DNA of 64,000 nucleotides. It comes from Verrucomicrobiales bacterium. GTDB taxonomy: Bacteria; Verrucomicrobiota; Verrucomicrobiia; Limisphaerales; CANJXF01. Of this stretch, positions 9,006 through 20,403 are shown piece by piece. Under the pieces are notes generated by a model. The model ran no database searches, was not told the DNA's origin, and saw only the letters and a program-made list of their open reading frames with translations. Location: assembly GCA_947478865.1 (NCBI GenBank), contig CANJXF010000005.1, positions 9,846 to 73,845 on the forward strand. Direction: 5' to 3'. Numbering within the stretch: the stretch's first letter is position 1; each line of letters starts with the position of its first letter. Made by a program: the position numbers and the translations under genes.

Positions 9006-10898
9006 ATGAAAAACAAACAATTTGAGACGATTCTTTATTCAACCGTTGGCGTGCTGGCCCTCTTTCTGATCGTGCTGGCCCTCAACGTCATCACTGGCGC
9101 GGCCAAGAAGCGCGTCGATCTGACCCAGGAAAAAGTTTACACGCTGTCGCCGGGCACAAAAAAGATTTTGGACAAACTCGATTCGCGGGTGACGGTTCGA
9201 TTCTACTGCAGCCAAGGCGATGAAATGCCGGTGTTTTTCAAAACTTACGCCCGGCGCATCGAGGATTTGCTCGGCGAATATAAACAGGCCAGCAAAGCCA
9301 AAGTGGTGATCGAAAAGTATAATCCCACGCCCGATTCAGATGCGGAAGATTCCGCGCGCCTCAACGGCATTGAGGGCCAGATGCTGCCGAGCGGCGAGAA
9401 AATCTACCTCGGCCTCGTCGTCAGTTTGCTCGACGAGAAAGTGGCGATGCCGTTCCTGACCCCCGACCGCGAGCGCCTTCTGGAATATGACATTTCGCGC
9501 GCGATCGCTCGCGTCGTTACACCGCAGAAGCCGATCGTCGGGGTGATGAGCGCGCTGCCGATTTTCGGCCAGCCGGCCAATCCGATGACACAGCGCATGG
9601 GCCAGCAACCGCAGCAGCCTTGGACGTTGTTGACTGAATTGCAAAATGATTTCACGGTCCGGCAGGTCGAGTTGACCGCAGATAAAATCCCCAGTGAGAT
9701 CAACGTTCTGCTCGTGATTCATCCGCGCGGCATTGCCGACACCGCACAATATGCGATTGACCAATTCGTTTTGCGCGGCGGCAAATTAATCGCGTTTATG
9801 GATCCGATGGCCTACTTCGATCAGCAAAACAATCAACTGGCGCAATTCGGTGGAGGCGGCGGAAATTCATCGCTCGATAAACTGCTGAAAGCCTGGGGTG
9901 TTGAGATGGAATCCGGCAAGGTGGCCGCAGACCGAATTCTCGGCGCGCGCAATCAACAAGGCGGAGCGATGCCTGCGGTTCTGGCGATGAACAGCAAAGG
10001 GATGAATAGCAATGACGTCGTCACCAGCGAAATCAATTCCCTGGTCATTCCTTTTGCCGGCGCTTTCACCGGAACTCCCGCCAGCGGCTTGAAAGAAACG
10101 GTTTTGCTCAAAACCACATCGGACTCCCAGCTCGTCGACGGCCTCATGGCGAGCATGAGTGGTGAACAGATCACGAAAGAGTTCAAGTCGTCGGGCAAGG
10201 AATATCCGATTGCGGTCCGACTCACCGGAAAATTCAAAACCGCTTTCCCAGATGGCAAACCGAAGGCCACCGAGAAACCGGAAGATGCTGCGGATGAGAA
10301 AAAGCCGGATGCAGCGAAGGAAAATTCCTTGAAAGAATCGGCGGCGGATAACGCCGTGGTCCTCGTAGCCGACGCCGACATGTTGCAGGATCAGGTCAGT
10401 GTCGAAATCCAAAATTTCCTTGGCCAACGCATTGTCCGCCCGCTGAACGACAACTTGAATTTCGTGCAGAGCCTCGTCGAACAACTTTCCGGCGACAGCA
10501 ACCTGATCAATTTGCGCAGCCGCGCGTCGATGAACCGGCCTTTTACGCGCATCAACGAAATGCGGGCCAAAGCGGATGAAAATTTCCGCAGCAAAATCAA
10601 AGAGATGGAAGACAGCCTCGCCGATACGCAGAAAAATTTGAATGAACTGCAGCGCGGCAAGGAGGGCGGCCAAAAATTTATTCTTTCACCAGAACAACAG
10701 GCTGAGATCGAGAAATTCAGAAAGAAAGAAGCCGAAGTTAAAATTGCGCTGAAGGAAGAACGGAAAAAATTGCGCAAAGAAACGGACGGACTGGAATTCT
10801 GGACGAAGGTCATCAACATCGCCGCGATGCCAGTCGCGGTGGCGTTCGCTGGATTGGCCCTGGCAGTAGTGAAACGTAAAAGGACGGCGGCAAAATGA
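9006..10898 (+). CDS. GldG-like ABC-transporter auxiliary protein
   Basis: The protein is 630 aa with an N-terminal TM (TILYSTVGVLALFLIVLALNVI) and a C-terminal TM (INIAAMPVAVAFAGLALAVV). The LTQEKVYTLSPGTKKIL...VRFY start is typical of the GldG family. A coiled-coil KE-rich segment precedes the last TM. Confidence 0.8.
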   Translation: MKNKQFETILYSTVGVLALFLIVLALNVITGAAKKRVDLTQEKVYTLSPGTKKILDKLDSRVTVRFYCSQGDEMPVFFKTYARRIEDLLGEYKQASKAKVVIEKYNPTPDSDAEDSARLNGIEGQMLPSGEKIYLGLVVSLLDEKVAMPFLTPDRERLLEYDISRAIARVVTPQKPIVGVMSALPIFGQPANPMTQRMGQQPQQPWTLLTELQNDFTVRQVELTADKIPSEINVLLVIHPRGIADTAQYAIDQFVLRGGKLIAFMDPMAYFDQQNNQLAQFGGGGGNSSLDKLLKAWGVEMESGKVAADRILGARNQQGGAMPAVLAMNSKGMNSNDVVTSEINSLVIPFAGAFTGTPASGLKETVLLKTTSDSQLVDGLMASMSGEQITKEFKSSGKEYPIAVRLTGKFKTAFPDGKPKATEKPEDAADEKKPDAAKENSLKESAADNAVVLVADADMLQDQVSVEIQNFLGQRIVRPLNDNLNFVQSLVEQLSGDSNLINLRSRASMNRPFTRINEMRAKADENFRSKIKEMEDSLADTQKNLNELQRGKEGGQKFILSPEQQAEIEKFRKKEAEVKIALKEERKKLRKETDGLEFWTKVINIAAMPVAVAFAGLALAVVKRKRTAAK

Positions 10899-12061
10899 AT
10901 CGCAAACAACTCACAATTCTCATCGTGCTCGTGGCGCTGATCGGCGGCGCAGGTTTGGTTCTGTTCAATCGCCAGAGCAATTCATGGAAACCCGCCGATG
11001 CAAAGTTGGGGCAAAAATTATTTCCGAAATTAGCGGTCAACGACGTGGCGCAAATTCATGTCAAACAGAGCGGTGCGGAATTGAATCTCGTCAAACAGGA
11101 TGATGCTTGGCGCGTGAAGGAGCGCGGGAATTACCCGGCAAACTTCTCACAAATCAGCGAACTCCTTTTGAAAGCGAAGGATTTAAAAATCGGCCAGAGC
11201 GAAGAGATCGGCGCCTCGCAGTTTGCGAAGCTGGAATTACTCGATCCGGCCAAGGGCACGAACTCCGGAACGCTGGTTGAGTTCAAAGATCAGTCCGGCA
11301 AAGCGACCCAATCGGCCATTCTCGGAAAGAAGCTCATGAAGAAATCTTCGCGTCCCTCCGAATTGGGCGACGAAGGTTTTCCCGCCGGGCGCTACGTTTT
11401 GCTGGGCGATGATTCAAAAAATGTCTTCCTGATTTCAGACGCGTTGACCGAGCTGGAAGCGAAGCCGGAAAACTGGCTGAAGAAAGATTTTTTCAAAGTG
11501 GAAAAGGTTCGTGCGATCGCAATGGTTTCAACCAATGCGACGAACTCCTGGAAATTAACACGTGAAAATGAAAGCAGCGCATGGTCTCTGGCCGACGTCA
11601 AGCCGACCGAGCAATTCGACACAAACAAAGTCTCCGGAGTGGCGAATTCGCTGTCGGCACCCAGCTTCGTGGACGTCGCGATTGATGCCAAGTCCGCGGA
11701 GAAGCCCACGCTCGCAACGCTCGAAACATTTGATGGTTTCACCTACTCCCTCAAAATCGTGAAAGCGTCCGAGGAAAACTATAGTCTCAATCTCGCGGTC
11801 AGCGCTAATCTCCCGAAGGAACGCACTGCCGGCAAGGATGAGAAGCCGGAAGACAAAACGAAATTGGACAAGGAATTCGCCGACAAAAAGAAACAGCTTG
11901 AGGATAAGTTGAAGCAGGAGAAGGAACTCGAGAAATGGACTTACGTCGTGGCAAAATGGACCATTGATCCATTGCTCCGGGACCGGGCTCAATTGATGGT
12001 GGACAAGAAGGAAGCGCCAGAGAAAGCTAACAGGATCCTTGATCCAGTCGAAGGGAAGTAA
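10895..12061 (+). CDS. DUF4340-like membrane-anchored protein
   Basis: It overlaps the GldG-like gene by ATGA and has an N-terminal TM (LTILIVLVALIGGAGLVLF). The motifs VAQIHVKQSGAELNLVKQDDAWRVKERGNYPAN and a lysine/glutamate-rich tail match what is usually found downstream of GldG in PVC genomes. Confidence 0.7.
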   Translation: MNRKQLTILIVLVALIGGAGLVLFNRQSNSWKPADAKLGQKLFPKLAVNDVAQIHVKQSGAELNLVKQDDAWRVKERGNYPANFSQISELLLKAKDLKIGQSEEIGASQFAKLELLDPAKGTNSGTLVEFKDQSGKATQSAILGKKLMKKSSRPSELGDEGFPAGRYVLLGDDSKNVFLISDALTELEAKPENWLKKDFFKVEKVRAIAMVSTNATNSWKLTRENESSAWSLADVKPTEQFDTNKVSGVANSLSAPSFVDVAIDAKSAEKPTLATLETFDGFTYSLKIVKASEENYSLNLAVSANLPKERTAGKDEKPEDKTKLDKEFADKKKQLEDKLKQEKELEKWTYVVAKWTIDPLLRDRAQLMVDKKEAPEKANRILDPVEGK

Positions 12062-12151
12062 GCCCTCTTTTGATTGGGCTGAAAGTATTGTAGAGACGAT
12101 TCCTTGTCTCCAGGCTCAACCACCTTAAGGCAAGCCTCTGGTGGGTATTGA

Positions 12152-12889
12152 TCACCACCATTTCCAATGTCGGTCTGGTGTCCGATTTGCCAGTGCGTTC
12201 ATTTCGTCCGTAGTAGGAAACTTAAAGTACTCCGCGTGGGTATCTCCAAACAGCATTACCATCCGATTTTTCCCCTTATAATTATGCCAAATATGGCGAT
12301 TCTGAGTGGTATCCCGATTGGAATGCCAGATCCAATCCCCTTGGATGATTTTGTTCGAAGGTTTGAGCGCGACCTCGGATTGTTTAATCGAGCGGTTGCT
12401 CGTATCTCCCGCAACGCCGCACACCTTCTTCACCATATAATAATCAAACGAATACTCAGTGAGATAACTGTTCCCATACTGTTCGAAACAGTTAGTGGTT
12501 TTGCGCCCCAAATTGATTTCAGCCCATAGGTCCCCTTTATCCGCGGGACACGCGAATACCCGGTATGATTTTCCGATGTAGATGTTTAGAGGCCGGTTGA
12601 TCGCGGCGGTAAACACATCATATTGTCCGTCCTTACCTCCCGTTGAAGCCCAATCCCGGATCGCGGGATAATAATCAAGGTTGTCCCCGGCATACATGAA
12701 GTAGGCCTTTCCGATCTGGCTTTGATTCGAAATGCACTGAACCGACTGCGCCTTCTGCTTGGCTCGCGACAGCACCGGCAACAACATTCCCGCCAAAAGA
12801 GCAATGATGGCGATGACCACCAACAGTTCAATCAATGTGAATGCGTCAGGGTGGACGTCGCTCCGGTGAGTTGTTCGTGTGTTTTTCAT
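12152..12889 (-). CDS. prepilin-type N-terminal cleavage/methylation domain protein (DUF1559 / H-X9-DG-like)
   Basis: The N-terminus is [33 protein letters not shown]. The C-terminal block is [13 protein letters not shown]. This family is massively expanded in Verrucomicrobiota and Planctomycetota. Confidence 0.85.
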   Translation of the reverse strand: MKNTRTTHRSDVHPDAFTLIELLVVIAIIALLAGMLLPVLSRAKQKAQSVQCISNQSQIGKAYFMYAGDNLDYYPAIRDWASTGGKDGQYDVFTAAINRPLNIYIGKSYRVFACPADKGDLWAEINLGRKTTNCFEQYGNSYLTEYSFDYYMVKKVCGVAGDTSNRSIKQSEVALKPSNKIIQGDWIWHSNRDTTQNRHIWHNYKGKNRMVMLFGDTHAEYFKFPTTDEMNALANRTPDRHWKWW

Positions 12890-13028
12890 TTACTCGCGAG
12901 CTCGCCAAATTCTATTTCATCAACTTGGGAAAGCTAAGTTAAAAAAGCGAAAGAACCTTCGGCGCCAGCCAAATTCCTTTCAAGTCTCCCCGGGCGCACT
13001 TATCATAGGAAAAGGATTCGAGTTTTGC

Positions 13029-14780
13029 ATGAGCGAGTTGGCCGAATTGAAAAATCGTTATGATCGACTGAACGTTTTGTTCCAGGTCAGCAATGTCATC
13101 CACTCCACCCTCGATTCACAGGAAGCCCTTCAGCTGATTCTCCGCGAGGCCGTGCGCCTGATGCGCGCTACCAGTGGATCCCTAATTTTGATTAATCCAA
13201 CCACTGGCTTTCTGGAAATCCACGCCTCGATTGGATTAACGGAGAATGCAACCCGGCTGAAATTGCGAGTGGGAGAAGGGGTGACCGGGTGGGTTGCGCG
13301 AACCGGCAAACCGGCGCGCATCGGCAACGTTTCGCAGGATCCTCGTTACGTTATCGTCCAGCCAAATGTGCGATCGGAACTCGCCGTGCCGCTGGAAGTG
13401 GCGGGAGAAATTCGCGGCGTGCTCAACGTCGATTCTGACCGGGAGAACACCTTTACGGCCGATGATCAGGAGCTGTTGCAAGCCCTCTCCGAGCAGGCGG
13501 CGAAGGTTATTCACAACACTTGGCTGCACGAGCAATTGCGAGTTAAGGCGCGGCTTTTCGAGAGCCTTGTGAGCGTCGGCCAGACGATTAATTCCACGCT
13601 CAATCTCGACGAAGCGCTTCAAGTCATTACGCGAGAAGCCTGTCAGTTGATGAATGCGAAAATGTGTTCGCTTCTGATGCTGGACGACACGGGTGAGTGG
13701 CTGGAACTGCGCGCGAGTTTTGGGGCGGGAAAAGACTATATCAACCGCCCCCGCCTCAGCATGGCCGAAACTTTTCTCGGCTCGGTGGTGCGCCGCAAAA
13801 AGCCGTTGCAGGTGGACAATGTGCAAACCTCCAGCCGCTATCAAAGCTTCGAGGTGGCGCGGCATGAGGGCTTGGTTTCATTGCTTAGCGTGCCGCTGAT
13901 TTTTGCCGGTCAGGCGATTGGCGCGGTGAACATTTACAAAGCCCAGATTCACAATTTTTCCAACGAGGAGATTCGCATTCTTTCTGCACTGGCCGAGTTG
14001 TCCGGCATCGCCATTGAGAAGGCGCGGCTTTATGAACGGATCGTCGATGTGGAAGAGGAATTGCGCCGCAACGAAAAACTTTCGGCCATCGGCCTGCTCG
14101 CGGCGGAGGTCGCGCACGAAATTCGTAATCCGCTCACCGTGATGAAAATGATGTTTCATTCGCTCGACCTAAAATTTCCCGCGAAGGATCCGCGGTGGCG
14201 CGACGCGGAAATAATGGGCCAGAAGATGGAGCACATGAATAAAATCGTGGAACAGATTTTGAATTTCGCGCGCACGACGGAACCCAGTTTTTCGCCTCTG
14301 AACATCAATCAATTGATCGAGGATCTGGCGCTTCTCATCCGGCACAAATTGCGGAATCAAAACGTGGAATTTATCCGCAGGCTTTCAGCCGATCTTCCGC
14401 CCCTTTCGGGAGACGCAGCCCAATTGGAACAGGTTTTTCTCAACCTTGCGTTAAATGCAGTGGAGGCGATGCCCCACGGCGGAAAACTCACCGTGACTTC
14501 GCGATTGGTTGGTTCACCGGATCAAAAGTCCAACGCTCACCTTCTGGTTGAATTCAAAGACACCGGCGAAGGAATGTCGCGGGAACAACAAAAGCGAGTT
14601 TTCAGCTCGCTCTTGAGCACCACCAAAGCCAAAGGCACAGGCCTTGGCCTGGCTCTGGTCAAACGGGTCGTCGAAACGCACCGCGGCAAATTGCAGGTTA
14701 AGTCGAAAGTTGGAAAGGGAACCACGATCAGTATCGGGCTCCCTCTCAACAGCAACGAATTCGGCAGCGGAGTTAAATAA
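13029..14780 (+). CDS. cytoplasmic GAF-GAF sensor histidine kinase (orphan)
   Basis: This is ORF 12879..14780, with the likely start at ATG 13029 ([15 protein letters not shown]). It has two GAF-like blocks ([20 protein letters not shown] and [17 protein letters not shown]). The H-box is [12 protein letters not shown], the N-box is [11 protein letters not shown], and the G-boxes are DTGEGM and GTGLGLALV. It has no TM segment and no adjacent response regulator. Confidence 0.85.
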   Translation: MSELAELKNRYDRLNVLFQVSNVIHSTLDSQEALQLILREAVRLMRATSGSLILINPTTGFLEIHASIGLTENATRLKLRVGEGVTGWVARTGKPARIGNVSQDPRYVIVQPNVRSELAVPLEVAGEIRGVLNVDSDRENTFTADDQELLQALSEQAAKVIHNTWLHEQLRVKARLFESLVSVGQTINSTLNLDEALQVITREACQLMNAKMCSLLMLDDTGEWLELRASFGAGKDYINRPRLSMAETFLGSVVRRKKPLQVDNVQTSSRYQSFEVARHEGLVSLLSVPLIFAGQAIGAVNIYKAQIHNFSNEEIRILSALAELSGIAIEKARLYERIVDVEEELRRNEKLSAIGLLAAEVAHEIRNPLTVMKMMFHSLDLKFPAKDPRWRDAEIMGQKMEHMNKIVEQILNFARTTEPSFSPLNINQLIEDLALLIRHKLRNQNVEFIRRLSADLPPLSGDAAQLEQVFLNLALNAVEAMPHGGKLTVTSRLVGSPDQKSNAHLLVEFKDTGEGMSREQQKRVFSSLLSTTKAKGTGLGLALVKRVVETHRGKLQVKSKVGKGTTISIGLPLNSNEFGSGVK

Positions 14781-16086
14781 ATTCGTTGATTAGATTCTCC
14801 AGAAACTCTTGTCGGCCCGATTGGTTTGGCGCAGCTTCGCCCTTCCTGGAAATATATTTTGCCAGCTCGGTAAGATTCGATTTTCCCTTTTCGATTTCGG
14901 CACCAACCCCAGAGTCCCACGAGCTGTAACGTTGTTTCACAAAATCCGCCAGGCGACCGTCTTTGCGGATCGCCGCGGCGATCTTCAATCCTCGCGCAAA
15001 TGCGTCCATGCCGCCGATGTGCGCGTGGAACAGATCAATTGGCTCAAAGCTTTCACGCCGCACTTTTGCGTCGAAATTCACCCCGCCTTTTTTCAAGCCG
15101 CCCGCTTTCAAAATCGTGAGCATACATTGTGTCGTCAGATAAATGTCGGTTGGGAACTGGTCCGTGTCCCAGCCAAGCAATAAATCCCCAGTGTTGGCGT
15201 CGATTGATCCCAGCGCATTCGCTGCGGCAGCCACTTCCAGTTCGTGCTGCATGGTGTGACCGGCAAGGGTGGCATGGTTGGTTTCCAAATTCAGTTTGAG
15301 TTCGTTCTTCAACCCGTACTCGCGCAAGAAATTCAAACAGGCCGCCGCGTCGGAGTCATACTGATGCTTCGTCGGTTCTTTCGGTTTCGGCTCGATGAAA
15401 AAGTCGCCCTTGAACCCAATCTTCTTTTTGTAATCAACCGCCATGTGGAGGAATTTCGCGAGGTGATCCAGCTCCCGTTTCACGTCCGTGTTCAGCAACG
15501 TGGAATAGCCTTCGCGCCCGCCCCAAAAAACGTAACCTTCGCCGCCGAGATCGTGGGTGACTTCGAGCGCCTTTTTGACCTGCGCTGCCGCGAATGCAAA
15601 AACTTCGGCATTCGGGCTGGTCGCCGCGCCATGCATGTAACGCGGATTGGAGAATAAATTCGCCGTGCCCCAAAGCAGCTTGATGCCGGTGCGTTTCTGT
15701 TCGCTTTTCAGAACTTTTGCGACTGCATCCAAGTTCTTGTTGGACTCACTCAGCGTTCGTCCTTCTGGCGCAACATCCCGATCATGGAACGCATAAAACG
15801 GAGCGCCGAGTTTCTCGATGAATTCAAATGCGGCGCGAACACGCTTTTGCGCATTCTCCACCGATTCTGTTCCGTCGTCCCAAGGGCGAATTGCCGTTCC
15901 TGCTCCAAAAACATCGACGCCACGGCCGCGAAACGTGTGCCAATACACCACGGAAAACCGGAGGTGATCGCGCATGGTTTTTCCCTCGACGATTTCTTCA
16001 GCATTGTAGTGCTTGAACGCGAGTGGATTTTTAGAAGTGGAACCTTCGAATTTGATTTTCGATACTGTTGGAAATGCGTCGGACAT
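14773..16086 (-). CDS. xylA: xylose isomerase
   Basis: The 437-aa protein starts [22 protein letters not shown]...[11 protein letters not shown] and contains FHDRD, GGREGY and [15 protein letters not shown], the classical XylA blocks. Confidence 0.95.
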   Translation of the reverse strand: MSDAFPTVSKIKFEGSTSKNPLAFKHYNAEEIVEGKTMRDHLRFSVVYWHTFRGRGVDVFGAGTAIRPWDDGTESVENAQKRVRAAFEFIEKLGAPFYAFHDRDVAPEGRTLSESNKNLDAVAKVLKSEQKRTGIKLLWGTANLFSNPRYMHGAATSPNAEVFAFAAAQVKKALEVTHDLGGEGYVFWGGREGYSTLLNTDVKRELDHLAKFLHMAVDYKKKIGFKGDFFIEPKPKEPTKHQYDSDAAACLNFLREYGLKNELKLNLETNHATLAGHTMQHELEVAAAANALGSIDANTGDLLLGWDTDQFPTDIYLTTQCMLTILKAGGLKKGGVNFDAKVRRESFEPIDLFHAHIGGMDAFARGLKIAAAIRKDGRLADFVKQRYSSWDSGVGAEIEKGKSNLTELAKYISRKGEAAPNQSGRQEFLENLINEFI

Positions 16087-16147
16087 ATTTTTATTTATTC
16101 AGCTGCTAATGGATGGGTTGTTATGATTGGACTAGGATAAAAGCGGA

Positions 16148-16711
16148 TTAGAATTCGACTTTTGGAACATTCTTCTCTTCTGCGGGGGCTTCAAAGAACG
16201 GCTCTTCCTTAAAGCCAAAAACTCCGGCTATTAAAACCGTGGGAAAGGTCTGAATGGCGGTATTCAATTGCGTAACCGTGTTGTTGTAGGATTGTCGTGC
16301 GAAGGCGATTCGGTCTTCCGTTGAACCCAGCTCGCCCTGCAGCGAGAGAAAATTTTGATTCGCTTTCAGATCAGGATAGGCCTCTGACACCGCGAGCAGC
16401 CTCGCCAGCGCACCAGTCAATTCTCCTTCAGCTTTAATTTTGTCAGCAGGAAGAGTGACGCTAGTTGCCTTGGCCCGCGCATTCATCACCGCTTCCAAAG
16501 TTCCCTTTTCGTGAGTTGCGTAACCTTTAACCGTGTTGACAAGGTTGGGAATCAGGTCGTGGCGGCGTTTGAGCTGAACATCAATTTGCGCCCACGCGTT
16601 TTTGACCGCTTGACGCAGGCGAACCAAGCTGTTGTAAGCTCCCATCAGCCAAAGGCCAACGAGCAGGGCTGTTCCAATCAAAATTGCGAGAAGAATCAGG
16701 ACGGCGCTCAT
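16148..16711 (-). CDS. lemA: LemA family protein
   Basis: It has an N-terminal TM and the motifs YNSLVRLRQAVKNAWAQIDVQLKRRHDLIPNLV and AFARQSYNNTV, characteristic of LemA. Confidence 0.9.
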   Translation of the reverse strand: MSAVLILLAILIGTALLVGLWLMGAYNSLVRLRQAVKNAWAQIDVQLKRRHDLIPNLVNTVKGYATHEKGTLEAVMNARAKATSVTLPADKIKAEGELTGALARLLAVSEAYPDLKANQNFLSLQGELGSTEDRIAFARQSYNNTVTQLNTAIQTFPTVLIAGVFGFKEEPFFEAPAEEKNVPKVEF

Positions 16712-16775
16712 GGTCGAAATCTAAAAGGTTGACGGCGTTTGGCAACGTTTTCCGCACAGGTTAGGTTCAGAATTT

Positions 16776-18368
16776 ATGAAAAAGTCAGCAGACGAACTTT
16801 GGCAGCGTTTTAAACAATATTATTCCGTTCACCCGATCATTGGACTCGCATTGGACATTTCTCGGATGAATTTTCCAGACGGGTTTTTCGATATTATGGA
16901 GCCACGGATCCAAAACGCATTCACCGCGATGGCTGAATTGGAGAAAGGAGCCATCGCCAATCCTGACGAAAACCGGATGGTAGGTCACTACTGGTTGAGA
17001 AATCCCGCTCTTGCTCCAACCGAAACCATCAAGTCTTCCATCGAGAATGCCTTAGAAAAAATCAAGACATTCACAGAAAACGTTCATAACGGCACTATTC
17101 GAGGCGAACGGAGTCCATTTAAAAACCTTCTGCTCATTGGAATCGGGGGCTCTGCGCTAGGCCCTCAGTTCGTGTCCGCCGCCCTTGGCGATTCTGTAAC
17201 GGACAAAATGAAGGTCTATTTTTTTGATAATACTGACCCTGATGGCATGGACAAAGTCCTTCGCCGCATCGATGCACTCGGGGAAACTTTATGTCTCGTC
17301 ATCTCGAAATCAGGTAGCACGAAAGAGACGCGCAACGGGATGCTCGAGGCCAAAGCAGCCTTCGAACGCGAAGGGCTGAGCTTCGCGCGCCATGCTGTCG
17401 CTACCACAGGGGCCGGGAGCGAGCTTGACAAATTGGCACAAAATGAAGGCTGGATCGAAAGGTTTCCAATGTGGGATTGGGTTGGCGGCAGAACTTCAGA
17501 ACTTTCTGCAGTAGGACTTCTGCCAGCCGCTTTGCAAGGGATTGATATAGATCAAATGCTCGAAGGAGCCCGAATTTGCGACGAAATCACAAGAACCAAT
17601 CAGACCCTTGACAACCCTGCCGCCCAACTCGCGCTCATGTGGTTTCATTCCGGTAACGGTAAAGGGCTTAAGGACATGGTTGTTTTACCTTATAAAGACC
17701 GTTTAGAGCTATTCTCCAAATATCTTCAGCAGCTCATCATGGAATCCCTAGGCAAAGAACGCGATCTCAATGGAACTTTAGTCAACCAAGGAATTGCCGT
17801 CTATGGGAACAAGGGGGCAACGGACCAACACTCTTATATTCAACAACTTAGAGAAGGTGTTAATAATTTTTTTGCGACTTTTATCGAAGTCTTGGAGGAT
17901 CGGAACGGAAAATCCATCCTCGTGGAGCCAAACGTTACTTCAGGAGATTTTTTACATGGTTTTTTCCTAGGAACGCGACAGGCACTTTATGAGAACCAAC
18001 GAGAATCGATCACCTTAACCATCAAGCGCGTTTCTCCTTTTGCGGTAGGAATGTTGATTGCGCTCTTCGAGAGATCCGTCGGCCTTTATGCCTCCTTGAT
18101 CAATGTAAACGCCTACCACCAACCAGGCGTTGAGGCCGGAAAAAAAGCCGCGACGGCAGTCATTTCTCTCGAGGTTCAAATACTTGATTATCTTTCCCGC
18201 CACCGATCTTCTAAACAAACAGTCGCGGATATAGCGCTGTCGATTGATTTGACCGCCTCCCAGGAAACCATTTTCAAGATTTGCGAACATCTCGCCGCTA
18301 ATCCAGATCGCGGCATCCATAAAACTCCCGGCAAATCGACCTTTGATTCCAGTTATCATTTAATCTAG
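16776..18368 (+). CDS. pgi: glucose-6-phosphate isomerase
   Basis: The 530-aa protein contains [32 protein letters not shown] and [15 protein letters not shown], which are PGI signatures of the cyanobacterial/PVC-length type. Confidence 0.93.
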   Translation: MKKSADELWQRFKQYYSVHPIIGLALDISRMNFPDGFFDIMEPRIQNAFTAMAELEKGAIANPDENRMVGHYWLRNPALAPTETIKSSIENALEKIKTFTENVHNGTIRGERSPFKNLLLIGIGGSALGPQFVSAALGDSVTDKMKVYFFDNTDPDGMDKVLRRIDALGETLCLVISKSGSTKETRNGMLEAKAAFEREGLSFARHAVATTGAGSELDKLAQNEGWIERFPMWDWVGGRTSELSAVGLLPAALQGIDIDQMLEGARICDEITRTNQTLDNPAAQLALMWFHSGNGKGLKDMVVLPYKDRLELFSKYLQQLIMESLGKERDLNGTLVNQGIAVYGNKGATDQHSYIQQLREGVNNFFATFIEVLEDRNGKSILVEPNVTSGDFLHGFFLGTRQALYENQRESITLTIKRVSPFAVGMLIALFERSVGLYASLINVNAYHQPGVEAGKKAATAVISLEVQILDYLSRHRSSKQTVADIALSIDLTASQETIFKICEHLAANPDRGIHKTPGKSTFDSSYHLI

Positions 18369-18377
18369 AATTGCCAC

Positions 18378-20276
18378 ATGTTTGTTTTTCCGAAGAAATA
18401 CGACGTGATTGTCGTCGGCGCCGGCCATGCCGGGGTTGAGGCGGCGCTGGCTTCAGCCCGAATGGGTTGCACGACGCTTTTATTGACGACAAATGCGGAC
18501 ACCATTGGGCAAATGTCCTGCAATCCAGCCATCGGCGGGCTTGCCAAAGGGCATTTGGCGCGGGAAATCGATGCTTTGGGTGGTGAAATGGGCAAAGCGA
18601 CAGATATGTCCGGGCTGCAATTTAGAATGCTGAACACCAAGAAGGGCCCTTCCGTCTGGGCACCGCGGGCTCAATGTGATAAAAAAGCATACCAATTCTA
18701 CCTCAAATGGGTTTGCGAACGTCAGCCAAATCTGGATATCAAACAGGGTCAGTCTGCAAAATTACTTCATAAGGATCTAAAAATTTTGGGCGTTGAGACC
18801 ACTCTGGAGGTCCAGTTTCATAGCACGACGGTAGTGGTTACAACCGGCACATTCTTGCGCGGTCTCATGCACATCGGTTCAAATCAGCAATCAGGTGGTC
18901 GTGCCGGAGAATCGGCCGCAATGGGTTTATCGAGCTCATTGACCGAGGTCGGTCTAGAACTTGGACGCTTAAAAACAGGAACCCCACCCAGATTATTGAG
19001 GCGATCTATTGATTTTTCTAAATTGGAGGCCCAACCCGGAGAGGATCCGGTTCCTTATTTTACCTTTTGGAAGAATGATTTGTTCCACGTGGAACATGAT
19101 GCCGGTGAAACGCCCTACCCACGAGGCTCCATCTTGGAGCAGCTTGACGGACAGCTCCCATGTCACGTGACCTATACCACAGATAAAACCGCGTCACTGG
19201 TTCGAGAAAATCTCCATAAATCGCCTATGTATTCTGGGGTTATCGAGGGAATCGGCCCCCGCTATTGCCCCTCCATTGAAGATAAAATCGTTCGATTCGC
19301 CGAAAAGGAGCGCCACCAGATCTTTCTCGAACCCGAAGGAATTGCCACGGACGAGATTTACGTAAATGGGTTTTCCACGTCGCTGCCTTTTGAAGTTCAA
19401 ATCCCCTTGGTCCGCAGCATTCTCGGCTGCGAGAACGCCGATATCATGCGCCCTGCGTATGCCGTCGAATACGATTTTGCCTTCCCCACCCAGCTCAACC
19501 CTTCGCTGGAAACCAAATCTTGCGAAAATTTATACCTAGCCGGACAAATTAACGGAACATCCGGCTATGAAGAGGCTGGCGCACAGGGCCTATTGGCGGG
19601 AATGAACGCAGCACGCAAGGTTCAGGGCAAAAGCGCCATCGTTCTCGGACGAGATGAAGCCTACATTGGGGTCCTGATCGACGACCTTGTGACCAAAGGA
19701 ACCGCCGAACCATACCGAATGTTCACCTCCAGGGCTGAATATCGATTGGTTTTAAGGCAGGACAATGCAGACCTTCGATTAAGCGAGATCGGTTTTGCCA
19801 GCGGCCTGTTGCCTAAACACAACCACGATGCGTTTCAAAAGAAAAAAGCCGCTATTGCCGCAGAAATGCAGCGGATTACAACCACGCGCGTTGGTTCCGA
19901 TAGCTTAAGGCAGCTGCTTCGTCGTCCAGAGATCAGTTACAAAGATTTGCCCGGACGTGATGATCAGTTGCCTGAAGAAGTAAAGCAACAGGTTGAGATC
20001 AGCGTAAAGTACGCCGGATATATAAGCCGCCAAGAGATTGAGGTCGCAAAATTTAAGAATTTGGAAGAGAAACAAATCCCAGCCTTGTTTGACTATGCCT
20101 CAGTAAGCAGCTTGCGAACTGAAGCACGTCAAAAGCTCACGAAAATTCGCCCGCTAACCATTGGCCAAGCCTCGCGGATCTCAGGAGTTTCACCATCAGA
20201 TGTCAGTCTTCTCTTGGTATGGCTGAAACGCGGTGAAAGCCGACACAGTCCGGCCCCAGCCGTACCCGAAATGTAA
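18378..20276 (+). CDS. mnmG: tRNA uridine 5-carboxymethylaminomethyl modification enzyme MnmG (GidA)
   Basis: It has the FAD motif YDVIVVGAGHAGVEAA, then MSCNPAIGGLAKGHLAREIDALGG, GPRYCPSIEDK and GQINGTSGYEEA. Confidence 0.97.
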   Translation: MFVFPKKYDVIVVGAGHAGVEAALASARMGCTTLLLTTNADTIGQMSCNPAIGGLAKGHLAREIDALGGEMGKATDMSGLQFRMLNTKKGPSVWAPRAQCDKKAYQFYLKWVCERQPNLDIKQGQSAKLLHKDLKILGVETTLEVQFHSTTVVVTTGTFLRGLMHIGSNQQSGGRAGESAAMGLSSSLTEVGLELGRLKTGTPPRLLRRSIDFSKLEAQPGEDPVPYFTFWKNDLFHVEHDAGETPYPRGSILEQLDGQLPCHVTYTTDKTASLVRENLHKSPMYSGVIEGIGPRYCPSIEDKIVRFAEKERHQIFLEPEGIATDEIYVNGFSTSLPFEVQIPLVRSILGCENADIMRPAYAVEYDFAFPTQLNPSLETKSCENLYLAGQINGTSGYEEAGAQGLLAGMNAARKVQGKSAIVLGRDEAYIGVLIDDLVTKGTAEPYRMFTSRAEYRLVLRQDNADLRLSEIGFASGLLPKHNHDAFQKKKAAIAAEMQRITTTRVGSDSLRQLLRRPEISYKDLPGRDDQLPEEVKQQVEISVKYAGYISRQEIEVAKFKNLEEKQIPALFDYASVSSLRTEARQKLTKIRPLTIGQASRISGVSPSDVSLLLVWLKRGESRHSPAPAVPEM

Positions 20277-20403
20277 GTGAGACAGCATTGATGGGCAAAG
20301 TGTCATTTAGCGCCATCTTGTCCCTATTGTAAGAGAGCTCCTCTTCTTTCTAATATTACCCATCCGCCTTTCTATCAACAGGTTATCTATGTCGCTTCAG
20401 TTC

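Noticed and set aside
12152-12889. The prepilin/DUF1559 gene, and also pgi and mnmG, look somewhat more AT-rich than their neighbours, which could suggest horizontal acquisition.
   Set aside because: This is an impression by eye only. There are no flanking repeats, tRNA or integrase genes. The prepilin-like family is a native, massively expanded family in this lineage. Claiming HGT would need a windowed GC and codon-usage calculation.
12879-13028. Long 5' extensions of track ORFs: 12879 for the histidine kinase, 35520 for the sulfatase, 48776 for the desulfurase, 57911 for murA, 57090 for the LysM protein and 28947 for CvpA.
   Set aside because: The extensions overlap neighbouring genes or divergent promoter regions. 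They have non-protein-like composition and precede internal starts that yield canonical N-termini or signal peptides. I used the internal starts.
16739-16756. A sigma-54-like element, TTGGCAacgttttccGCA, upstream of pgi.
   Set aside because: The GG-to-GC spacing is one nucleotide too long (12 instead of 11), and the TGGCAC and TTGC cores are incomplete.
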